Of a stretch of 64,000 nt of DNA, positions 46,888 to 55,394 are shown in pieces. The stretch is from Myxococcota bacterium (GTDB taxonomy: Bacteria; Myxococcota; B64-G9): contig JAKLGA010000013.1 of assembly GCA_022710975.1 (NCBI GenBank), forward strand, positions 141,363 through 205,362, in the 5' to 3' direction. The notes below the pieces were generated by a model, which saw only the letters and a list, made by a program, of their open reading frames with translations, did no database searches and was not told where the DNA came from. Position 1 is the first letter of the stretch; each line of letters opens with the position of its first letter. Made by a program: the position numbers and the translations under genes.

Positions 46888-47036
46888 AGGGTAAGACGAG
46901 GAAGGTAGACATTGGAAGCAGACCCGTGGAAGCAAGAGGGAGGGGTGGCGGCGACAGCCGAGCCCCTGCAGAGCAGGGGCGAGCAGTCCCAGGGGTAGGG
47001 GAGGGGGCCCCCATCCACGCGGAGCGAACGAAGTGA

Positions 47037-47963
47037 GTGAGCATGGATGGGGAGCGAGCCGACAGGACCCCGACCTCCGCTGAGACAGTGGATTTTTTCC
47101 GTCATGTGCCTGAGATGATGATTCGAGCGAGCATCCTGGGCGTGATCGGGTTCCTGGCAGCGGGCAGCGCGGCCGGGCAGGAGGGCGTGTTCGTCCTGTG
47201 CATGCGCTTCGACTTCATGGGCGGCTGCTCCCAGACGAGCGAGTACGTGAGCGCCCTGGCCTGGGTCCGGCTGACGCTCGGGCCGGAGAACCGGGCCGAT
47301 CTCGCGCTACGGGTGCGCAGCCAGGACCACCTCGCAGGCTGGCACGACCCGGGTGGGAGCTTCCACCGCGGGGAGCAGCACGTCGACCTGCGCTGGACCG
47401 GCGCCTTCACGCGCCCGGCCGCCGACGGCGAGGACGTGGTGATCGAGCTCCAGGCACCCACGGGCGAGGCCTGGGACCGCTGGCAGACCGACAAGGGATA
47501 CTTCCTGCCGCGGGACGAGCGGCCGGCCGAGGGCATGCGCCTCGTGTGCGCCCTCTCTCCGGGGAAGGCGCTCATCTGCAAGGCACCCGCGGGGGACGAG
47601 GTGCCGCCCGGCCACCTGGCCCGCCTGGCCCACTACCTGTTCGAGGAGGGCGTCCTGGAGCTCACGGCCGCGCCGGGGGTGTACCGGGAGCGCTCCGAGG
47701 ACAGCATGGGCGTGCACGGCGAGCTGCCCGGGGGCGAGCCAGCCAGACCAGGTCCGCCTGCGCTCGACGCGGTCCTGGCCGAGGCCCGGGCGAGCCCGCA
47801 CGATCCCGTCAAGACCCGGGAGCGCCAGGCGGCCTCGCTGCTGGCGGTGTGCGACCCGGGCGCCGAGCCCTCGCCCGAGGCCCTGACCTGGCTGCGCGCC
47901 CCGGCGCCGAGCGCGGCTGAGCGCCAGCAGCTTGAGGAGCTGCGGAAGAAGCGCGCGAGGTAG
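47037..47963 (+). CDS. Hypothetical (probably secreted) protein
   Basis: 308 aa, natural composition. Possible later start at 47115 (MMIRASILGVIGFLAAGSAAGQ signal). No domain recognised. Confidence 0.45.
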   Translation: MSMDGERADRTPTSAETVDFFRHVPEMMIRASILGVIGFLAAGSAAGQEGVFVLCMRFDFMGGCSQTSEYVSALAWVRLTLGPENRADLALRVRSQDHLAGWHDPGGSFHRGEQHVDLRWTGAFTRPAADGEDVVIELQAPTGEAWDRWQTDKGYFLPRDERPAEGMRLVCALSPGKALICKAPAGDEVPPGHLARLAHYLFEEGVLELTAAPGVYRERSEDSMGVHGELPGGEPARPGPPALDAVLAEARASPHDPVKTRERQAASLLAVCDPGAEPSPEALTWLRAPAPSAAERQQLEELRKKRAR

Positions 47964-47990
47964 GGCACCTGGGCCGCCCGGCCCTCCCCC

Positions 47991-48070
47991 CTCTGATGGT
48001 GCCAGCCGATTTCCCTGCCAGCCGATTTCCCTCTGATGGTGCCAGCCGATTTCTGCAAGATTTCTGCAAA
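47991..48070. repeat. Short direct repeats (ctgatggtgccagccgatttc x2, gccagccgatttcc x3, gatttctgcaa x2)
   Basis: Seen directly in the sequence between the hypothetical gene end and the transposase 3' end. Confidence 0.6.
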
Positions 48071-48273
48071 CGCCGGGTGGGCAGGACCGCCGAATCGCGG
48101 CAGGGTGAGTTTCTAGACCGGGTGAGCCCCTCCGCGGGTCTGCGGAGGCTCGGTTTCAGGTCAGATCGGAACGCTCATGCGGCTGGATTCTGGGCTTCGT
48201 GCAGGGGTCTGCCTCTGGCCAGGCCGTCAGGTAGTGATCTTCGCTTGTCGGACGCTCGTCACTTGACCGTGGC

Positions 48274-49215
48274 TCACGGCGGGCCGGCGCCCTGGTAGGC
48301 CAGGGCCGGTGGGAAGCAGTGCTCCGGGAAGATCGCGGTCAGGTCTCCAGCTCTCAGCCTGGCTGAGGCCTCCCGGAACACGCTCGCGAACGTCCGGTAG
48401 GCGGCGCGGTAGGCCTTCCAGAGCACCGCGCTCGCCGTGTGGCAGGAGGGCGCCCTGCTGCGCTTCACTTCTTTCGGAATGCCGTGCGGGTGCTGGGCCA
48501 GGATGCGGTGAACGCCCATCGGTCGGGTGCCTTCTTTCTCGTGCCGCTCCTTCGTCTCGGCCTCGATGTCCGCGACCATGGCCCGGACCTTCGCCTGTCG
48601 CGCCTCCTCGCTGAGGTCCGCCCAGCAGGGCAGAGGAGCCATCGGGATCGGGTAGCGGATGAACGCCTCCTCGGGCTTCAGGCCATCCTCGCAGCCCATC
48701 GGATCCTGGCTCGGGTCGCTGGAGCTTCTCGGCTTCCGGTGCAGGGCGGTGTGATCGACCCACACGCCCTCGAGCTGCTTCCCCTCGAGGAGGGCGGGCA
48801 GGCAGCTGACCCCGGGCCAGTCCCCGGGCATCATCACCAGGCCTTCCTTGCAGCCGTGGGAGAGGATGTAGCGCAAGCGGGCGACCAGCGCCTCGTCGTC
48901 GCGGATGGGGATGGCGCGGTAGCGCCTCTCCCAGAAGGGCCCGTGCCAGCCGTGGAGCTTGTTCACCTGGCGGGCGATGTTGGACTCGAGGTAGCCCATG
49001 AAGGCGGAGATGGCCTGGGAGCTCAGGCCCCTGAGGAGCAGGTGGAAGTGGTTGGAGGCCCAGAAGAAGGCGAAAATGCCGATCTCTGGGAACTGGTCCA
49101 GGGCGCGGCCGAGGCAGCCGAGGAGGATGGCGTTGAGCTCTTCGGAGGGGCGGAGGAGGAGCCTGCCCATGACGGTGCGGTTGGTGATCTCGAACAGGGT
49201 GCCCGGCTCGGGCAT
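48274..49215 (-). mobile_element. HuH Y1 tyrosine transposase, IS200-like / REP-associated (RAYT-like) family
   Basis: FEITNRTVMGRLLL then FWASNHFHLLL (HuH motif, cf. MPNHFHLLL of RAYTs), and GPFWERRY...RYILSHGCKEGLV...PGDWPGVS (Tyr region). R/P-rich N-terminal 107 aa of the table ORF judged non-coding. Flanked by palindromic REP-like repeats. Confidence 0.6.
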
Positions 49216-49469
49216 GAAGCGCAGCGGTCTCGGCAAGGTTCCCCTCCGTGAAACCTGCCCTGCAAACCGCTTGCCAGCTTGAGCTAGCCAACGAAGATGG
49301 CGTTGACCTGGACGCGGTCGTGGCTGACAATCGAGGCATGGCGATGGGTTGCGAGGATCGGGGACGGAGGGAGTGGTCGACAGAGCGCCAGGCCGAGGCC
49401 CTGCCTGTACTGCCTGACGTGACCGGAATCCGGTCACCGTGGATGAAAAAACCGGACACGCTCCGGGCG

Positions 49470-49630
49470 GGGCCAGGACCTCGGGAGCTGGCGCTGAGAA
49501 TAGGGTGTCACGCACTGGGGGAAAATAGGGTGGCACGCGCTGGGGCGCTGAACGACCCTGTCACCAAGACAGGGCGATTGGAAGGTCGGAGGGTCGGCGC
49601 TGAAAGACCCTGGCACCAGTACAGGGGAGA
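49470..49630. repeat. REP-like tandem and palindromic repeats (tagggtgNcacgcNctgggg x2; gcgctgaaNgaccctgNcaccaNNacagggg x2)
   Basis: Each long unit contains an inverted repeat (ccctgtc...gacaggg). The last unit at 49597-49627 recurs at 50041-50070. Confidence 0.5.
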
Positions 49631-49636
49631 TAATAC

Positions 49637-49960
49637 ATGGCGACATACATTGAAGAGTTTCGGGAATTGATCGCCTCAGAATTCCCAAAGGAACGGGAAA
49701 GGGCAGCAGACGAGGTCACTGACATCCATAGAGGTGTGGGTGATGCCGAGGCAGTTGAATTTGCTAGAATCCTCGTAGCGGCAAGGTTGGTAGAACCAGA
49801 CCTGGCTTGCCAGGAAGCGCAGCTTCATGCAATCTGCGATCTCATGGCCTGGCATCACATTCCGGCTGAAGCTGTGATGCCACTCAAAGAGCTTCGAGGA
49901 AAATCCGACCTGGGAGCACAAGAGGAGTACCTCGAAGATATCATTGGAAAACCTCCCTAA
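49637..49960 (+). CDS. Small hypothetical protein in a low-GC island (107 aa)
   Basis: GC drops to about 50% over 49630-49990. Complete ORF MATYIEEFRELIASEF...EDIIGKPP with natural composition. Flanked by about 30-bp direct repeats. Confidence 0.4.
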   Translation: MATYIEEFRELIASEFPKERERAADEVTDIHRGVGDAEAVEFARILVAARLVEPDLACQEAQLHAICDLMAWHHIPAEAVMPLKELRGKSDLGAQEEYLEDIIGKPP

Positions 49961-50040
49961 CCACGATTGGGTATAGGTCTACATCCGAGGTCGGGTAGCG
50001 AGGTCGCATCAACACTTCTCGAGATTCTTGAGCCTGTGCC

Positions 50041-50395
50041 CGCTGAAAGACCCTGGCACCAGGACAGGGGGACAGGGGGCACCAGGACAGGGGCACCAGG
50101 ACAGGGGGGCTGCGTGCGGCGTGCAGCGTGCGGCGTGCGGCGTGCGAAGTGCGGCGAAGGGCGAACGGAGTGAAGAGTGCAGTTCCTCGTTCCAGGTTCC
50201 ACGTTCCAAGTTCCTGGTTCTTACCCCTTTAAGCCTGCCCTGAGCGATTCACACACGGAAGGTCTGCCAGCTCCAGCCAACTGCTCTTAGCGATACCCAC
50301 ACGCGGGGTTTGCAAACTCACGCCAACTGCTCTAGCGATTCACACACGCAGGGTCTGCCAACACCAGCCAACGGCTCACCAGCGCTGCTCGCGGG
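50041..50395. repeat. Repeat-rich intergenic island: DR copy, (ggcaccaggacagggg)x3, (gcgtgcg)n, gttccaNgttcc repeats, and three about 47-bp imperfect tandem repeats
   Basis: Direct reading. 50239-50385 holds three units of type agcgattcacacacgNagggtctgccaNNNccagccaacNgctc. Confidence 0.6.
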
Positions 50396-51956
50396 TGGTG
50401 ACCTGGCTGCTCGGGGTGCGTGCGGACAGGGGCTGGAGGTCGCAGCCGGCCAGGGACACCTCGGGCAGCGACCCGTCGAACGCTTCCAGCCCGGTCACCC
50501 GGAGCCCGCACGCACCGCTGATGGGCTGGTCGAACAGCACCACGAAGGCGCGGTTGCTGAAGTGGTGGTGCGGGGCGCTGTAGACCAGCTTCCAGTAGTC
50601 GAGCTGGTCGAAGGCCACGCCGTCCAGCTCCCCCCGGCCCTCGAGGAACACCGCCGGCCCGGGGAACAGGGCGGTCGCGCCGAAGCGCACCGTGAGCTCG
50701 ACCCAGCCGCCCTGGAACTCCACCCGGTGGATCTCCTGCTGGACCCAGTTGGGGAAGGTGCAGGAGTCGAGGCCGCGGAGCTCGCCGCCCGCCGTCGGGC
50801 TGACGAGCAGGCTCGCGCCCAGCCCCTCCATGTCCGGATCCGCGCCGTCCAGGCTGAAGGCCTGGGTGCCCGGGGGGCCGCTCACCCGGACCTGGAGGGT
50901 GTAGCCCTCCCCGCCCGGGGCCTCGAGCGGCTCCTCGAGGTTGAAGCTCGTGGCGTACTGGCCGTAGGTCGCGGTCACCTGGCCCACGCCCGAGAGCGCC
51001 GGCGAGGCCTGCGGATCGAGGAAGGCCACGCACACCGGCAGCCGGTAGGGCTCGCTGCCGGCGGCGTCGGGCAGGCGGTACTCGCCGGGCAGCACCCGCG
51101 CCTCGGTCTTGCGCTGGTAGGCCTCCTCCAGCCCGGTGCCCGCGGGCTCGTTCCACTCGCGGTAGGTCAGGCAGTAGACCGCGTCCTGGGTGGCGGTCAG
51201 GGTCGTGGTCCAGGCGCCTCCCACGTAGGCCATGGGATCGTCCGGGCAGTCGAGCGAGCTCCCGTCGCAGGCCTCGGCCGCGTCGCAGGAACCCGCCGAC
51301 GGGCGGCACTCCGTCCCCGGCTGGGCCGGGCTCCAGCCGGCCGGATCGCGCTCCGGGTCGCACACCGCGCAGGCGCGCGCGGGGTCCACGCTGCCCACGG
51401 GCAGGCAGACGCCGCCGATGTCGCAGCAGGCCGCGTCCTCCAGGCACAGGCCGCTGGCCGGGTCCCGGCTGTAGCCCGGGGCGCAGCTCGCGCAGGCGCC
51501 GCCCGTGTAGCCGCTGTCGCAGGTGCACACCGCCTGGCCGGTCGAGCCGTCGCAGGCGCCGTGGCCCGAGCAGGAGTCCGGCCCGCACGGATCCACCACG
51601 TCGGGCACGCAGGCGCCGGCCCCGTCGCCGTGGTGGCCGGCCGCGCAGGTGGAGCAGTCCGCGCCCGCGTAGCCCGTGTCGCAGGCGCAGTCGATCACCC
51701 CTCCTACCAGGCTGCAGGCGCCGTGGCCCGAGCAGGAGCCCGCCTCGCAGACCTCGTCGGCCACGCACGCCTGCCCCTGCTCGTGGAAGCCGGTCAGGCA
51801 GTCGCCGCAGATCGCGTGTCCCTCCACGGCCAGGCACCCGCGGTGCTGCTCGAGGCACTGCGTGTCGTCGGCGCAGGGGTCGGCGACCGTGTTGCCACAG
51901 GCAGACGCAAGGACGAAAAGGACAGCAAGGACGCAAGGGACGAAGCGGTCTCGCAT
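50376..51956 (-). CDS. Lipoprotein with EGF-like Cys-rich repeats
   Basis: Signal MRDRFVPCVLAVLFVLASAC. Repeats CSGHGAC....C.C..GY.G..C..C. 526 aa. 11-bp gap from upstream gene suggests an operon. Confidence 0.6.
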   Translation of the reverse strand: MRDRFVPCVLAVLFVLASACGNTVADPCADDTQCLEQHRGCLAVEGHAICGDCLTGFHEQGQACVADEVCEAGSCSGHGACSLVGGVIDCACDTGYAGADCSTCAAGHHGDGAGACVPDVVDPCGPDSCSGHGACDGSTGQAVCTCDSGYTGGACASCAPGYSRDPASGLCLEDAACCDIGGVCLPVGSVDPARACAVCDPERDPAGWSPAQPGTECRPSAGSCDAAEACDGSSLDCPDDPMAYVGGAWTTTLTATQDAVYCLTYREWNEPAGTGLEEAYQRKTEARVLPGEYRLPDAAGSEPYRLPVCVAFLDPQASPALSGVGQVTATYGQYATSFNLEEPLEAPGGEGYTLQVRVSGPPGTQAFSLDGADPDMEGLGASLLVSPTAGGELRGLDSCTFPNWVQQEIHRVEFQGGWVELTVRFGATALFPGPAVFLEGRGELDGVAFDQLDYWKLVYSAPHHHFSNRAFVVLFDQPISGACGLRVTGLEAFDGSLPEVSLAGCDLQPLSARTPSSQVTTREQRW

Positions 51957-51966
51957 GGGAGGTCTC

Positions 51967-54900
51967 CTACTTGATCCGGCCGATCAGGATGGCCGCGCGG
52001 TGCACGGTCAGGGTCTCGTCCGCGCCCAGCGCGTCGTCGAAACAGTCCAGGCAGGACGGGGTCTGGCTCGCGGACCACATGGCCCCGGTGTCCCAGGTGT
52101 TGAACTGGGCCGAGGCCACCGCCAGCGTGGCCGGGAGCGCGGCCGCCTGGCCCGGGCCGGCCAGCTCGAGCGCGCCCTCGAGCAGCGCGCTGCCCGCGCA
52201 GGTCGCGCCGGCGAGCGCCTGCCAGCCTGCGCCGTCCCACTCCCAGAAGCCGCACACCCCGGCGCCCGGCTCCTCGATGAGCGCGAGCAGCCTGCCTCCG
52301 GCGACCGGCCCGGCCAGCGTGCCCGCCTTGGCCCAGGGGAAGGACACTCGCTCGCTCGGGTGCGCGCCGCCCAGCCACACGAACAGCATCTTGTCCGTGG
52401 AGCCCGGGATGCCGCGCGCCCCGGCCAGGTACAGCGTGCCCTGATCGTTGAGCGCGGCGTGGATCGGCTCGGGCGCCGCGGCCAGCTCGGGCGGCCCGGC
52501 CGGCAGGGTGTCGGCGAAGGCGTCCAGGGCCCCGTCCCCGGCCAGGAAGGGCTGGCGGAGCGTGAGGTCGAAGTCGTCCACGGTGAGCGCCGCGCCCCCG
52601 TCCCAGCCGGCCTCGGGTTCGATCAGCAGGCCGCCGCCCACGGCGGCCGGCAGCGGGGCGCCGGCGATCTCGGCCGAGGCCACGAGCTCGACGAAGGCCG
52701 CGCCGTCCGCGCTGGCCTGGGCGCCAGGCGCGGGCGCGCCGTCGAGCCACACGGCCGGCCGGGCCGCGGCGGCCGGATCGTCCTCCCGCACCCAGGCGTG
52801 GAAGGTGAGGGTCTGGCCCGCGGGCGGTCCGGGGAAGGGCCGCGCGATGCGGAGCGCGTTCCCGTCCGGACCGGTGACGGTGAGGCCGGCCGCCTGGGCG
52901 CCCCGCGAGACCGGGCTCGCCACCGGCGCGGCCTGGAGCCCGCCGGCCACGACCAGGTCGGGCGGGGGCTCACCCGCGGCCCAGCTCTCCTCGAAGCCCC
53001 AGTTCGAGGCGTCCGCCGCGGAGGCGGTCGAGGTGAGCGCGCCGGCCTGGGCCGGGCCGTAGCCGTCCTCGCTGCCGTCCAGGCCTTCGCCCGCGTCCCG
53101 GTCGCACAGGGTCCAGGTCTGGCCGCCGTTGGCCGAGAAGCGGAAGGCGAAGTCGTAGGGCGAGCCCGCGGCCCGCGGGATCACCAGCTCGGCCTGGTAC
53201 TCGTCGTTGCCCGGCTCCCCCGAGGCGCCGCCGTCCCAGCCCGCGTTGGGCCCGGCGGGCAGCCACACCCAGCCGCCCTGGTCGGGCAGGCTGCCGTCCG
53301 GGCCGTAGCCCAGCTCGGCGCCCACCTGGGCCGAGGGGTCGATCCCCGGGGTGAGGTCCGTGAGCCCCTGGATGTACACCCGCCCGTACACGGTCGCCTG
53401 GCTGCCCTCGGCCTGGTCGAGCTCGGTCGGCCACTGCAGCCGGCACCAGCCCACCTGGGGGCCGGCGTCCGTGCGGCTGGCGAGCTTGCCGGCGTTGGCG
53501 GCCTGGTAGCCGTCCTCGCTGCCGTCGTGGCCAGCCCCGGCGGCCCGGTCGCACACGGTCCAGGTCGCCCCGGAGTCGGCCGAGAAGCGGAAGGCGAAGT
53601 CGTAGGGCGAGCCCGCCGCGGGCGGGACGGTGAGGGTGGCCCAGTACTCGTCGTTGCCCGGCTCGGCCGCGTCCAGCCAGCCCGGGTTGGGCGCGGCCGC
53701 GAGCCAGGTCCAGCCGGCCTGGGCGGGATCGCTGCCCCGCGGGCCGTGGCCGAGCTCCGCCTGGACGCGCGGGTCCGCGTCGGTGCCCGCGCCGCGGGTG
53801 GTCACCCCCAGGATGTACAGGCGGCCGTACACGTCCACCTGGGCGCCCTCGAGCTCGTCGAGGTCGAGCGGCCACTGCAGCCGGCACCAGTCCACCCGGT
53901 AGACCACGCAGGCCGGATCCGCGCCGCAGTCCCCGTCCAGGCAGTCCCCGGAGCCGTCGCCGTCGTTGTCCTGGCCGTCGGTGCAGCAGCGCTCCGCCCC
54001 GGGCTCGCACGCGCCCTGCGCGCAGACGTCGCCCTGGGTGCAGGCGTCCTGATCGTCGCAGGGGGCGCTGTTGAAGGGGTAGGTGCAGCCCGTGGCCGGC
54101 TGGCACAGGGCGTCGGTGCAGGGGTCGGCGTCCTGGCACACCACGGCCTCCCCGCGGCACTCGCCCTGCTGGCAGCGGTCGTCCTGGGTGCAGGCGTTCC
54201 CGTCCTGGCAGTCCGCCTGGTTGGGGCTGAACACGCAGCCCGTGTCCGGATCGCAGCTCGCGTCGGTGCAGGGGTTCGCGTCGCTGCAGGTGACCGCGGC
54301 GCCGCCGCAGCCGCCGGCCTGGCACTGGTCGTCCCGGGTGCAGGCGTCGCCGTCGTCGCAGCCCGCGCCGTCGGCCAGCGGCTGGAGCTGGCAGGCGCCG
54401 CTCGCGGGCACGCAGGTGTTCCGCTGGCAGGGCGGGTCGGCGCTGGTGTCGCAGCCGGGGTGGGGCACGATCTCGCAGCGGCTCTGCCGGCAGGCGAGCG
54501 TCCCGTTGCAGGCGTCGTGGTCCTCGTAGGGTTCGCAGTCGGCGTCCGCGCCGCACTGGCAGGAGTTGGTCCCGCCGGTGCACTGGCCGCCGCTGCAGCC
54601 CTCGCCCGTGGTGCACGGGTTCGCGTCGTCGCAGGAGGCGGCGTTGGGCGCGTGGGTGCAGGCCCCGCCGGCGCAGCCGTCGTCGGTGCAGGGGTTCTGG
54701 TCGTCGCAGTCTCGCGGGCTGCCCGCACAGGCGCCCGCCTGGCAGGCGTCGTTCTGCGTGCAGGCGTCCCCGTCGTCGCAGGCGTTCTGGTTCGGGGCGT
54801 GCACGCAGCCGGTCCGGGAGTCGCAGGAGTCGTCGGTGCAGGGGTTCTGGTCGTCGCAGGAGATCCGCTCGCCGGCGCACACGCCGCTGGCGCAGGTGTC

Positions 54901-55254
54901 GCCGGCCGTGCAGGCGTCCCCGTCGTCGCAGGCGGTGACCTGGGTGTGCGCGCAGCCGGTCCCGGGCTCGCAGGCGTCCACGGTGCAGGCGTTGCGGTCG
55001 TCGCAGTCCGCGCTCGACTGGCAGGTGGCGGTGGGCACGCAGCCCGCCACGAGGTCGCAGCGGAAGCCCGACCCGCAGCGGGTGGAGTCCGGGGCGTGGC
55101 TGCACTGGCCCGCGGCCGCGTCGCAGCTGTCGAGCGTGCAGGGCACGCCGTCCTCGCAGTCGCCGCAGGCCGAGCCGCCGGAGTCACAGGCGGAGAGGAC
55201 GAGAGGGGCGGCCAGGATCGCAGGGACGAGGAAGAGGAGAGGGCGTGAGTGCAT
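51967..55254 (-). CDS. Giant Cys-rich repeat lipoprotein with two tandem about 110-aa beta-sandwich (CBM-like) domains
   Basis: Signal MHSRPLLFLVPAILAAPLVLSAC. At least 10 repeats DGDACT..D.C..G.C.G....C.D.NPCTDD.C. Two repeats WCRLQWP...GNDEY.A.L..P.AAGSPYDFAFRFS..GG.TWT.CDR.AG.G.DGSEDGY. Confidence 0.65.
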   Translation of the reverse strand: MHSRPLLFLVPAILAAPLVLSACDSGGSACGDCEDGVPCTLDSCDAAAGQCSHAPDSTRCGSGFRCDLVAGCVPTATCQSSADCDDRNACTVDACEPGTGCAHTQVTACDDGDACTAGDTCASGVCAGERISCDDQNPCTDDSCDSRTGCVHAPNQNACDDGDACTQNDACQAGACAGSPRDCDDQNPCTDDGCAGGACTHAPNAASCDDANPCTTGEGCSGGQCTGGTNSCQCGADADCEPYEDHDACNGTLACRQSRCEIVPHPGCDTSADPPCQRNTCVPASGACQLQPLADGAGCDDGDACTRDDQCQAGGCGGAAVTCSDANPCTDASCDPDTGCVFSPNQADCQDGNACTQDDRCQQGECRGEAVVCQDADPCTDALCQPATGCTYPFNSAPCDDQDACTQGDVCAQGACEPGAERCCTDGQDNDGDGSGDCLDGDCGADPACVVYRVDWCRLQWPLDLDELEGAQVDVYGRLYILGVTTRGAGTDADPRVQAELGHGPRGSDPAQAGWTWLAAAPNPGWLDAAEPGNDEYWATLTVPPAAGSPYDFAFRFSADSGATWTVCDRAAGAGHDGSEDGYQAANAGKLASRTDAGPQVGWCRLQWPTELDQAEGSQATVYGRVYIQGLTDLTPGIDPSAQVGAELGYGPDGSLPDQGGWVWLPAGPNAGWDGGASGEPGNDEYQAELVIPRAAGSPYDFAFRFSANGGQTWTLCDRDAGEGLDGSEDGYGPAQAGALTSTASAADASNWGFEESWAAGEPPPDLVVAGGLQAAPVASPVSRGAQAAGLTVTGPDGNALRIARPFPGPPAGQTLTFHAWVREDDPAAAARPAVWLDGAPAPGAQASADGAAFVELVASAEIAGAPLPAAVGGGLLIEPEAGWDGGAALTVDDFDLTLRQPFLAGDGALDAFADTLPAGPPELAAAPEPIHAALNDQGTLYLAGARGIPGSTDKMLFVWLGGAHPSERVSFPWAKAGTLAGPVAGGRLLALIEEPGAGVCGFWEWDGAGWQALAGATCAGSALLEGALELAGPGQAAALPATLAVASAQFNTWDTGAMWSASQTPSCLDCFDDALGADETLTVHRAAILIGRIK

Positions 55255-55394
55255 CGGGCGACTCCTCGGGAAGGGGGATGTCTGGGGCAGTCTAGATCCT
55301 GCGCGCCTTTCCCTCAAGGAGGCCTTTGCCTTGTTTTCTCAGGGACCTTCTTGGTATCGTGCGCTGGATGCGTCGGGGAGGGAGGAGAATCCAG

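Noticed and set aside
49470-50395. Possible CRISPR array
   Set aside because: Repeats are heterogeneous in unit and spacing, lack constant-length unique spacers, and no cas genes are nearby. They fit REP-like or tandem repeats better.
51676-55248. 1190-aa plus ORF and 461-aa minus ORF (53802..55187)
   Set aside because: Antisense and alternative frames of the 51967..55254 Cys-rich lipoprotein. Low complexity.
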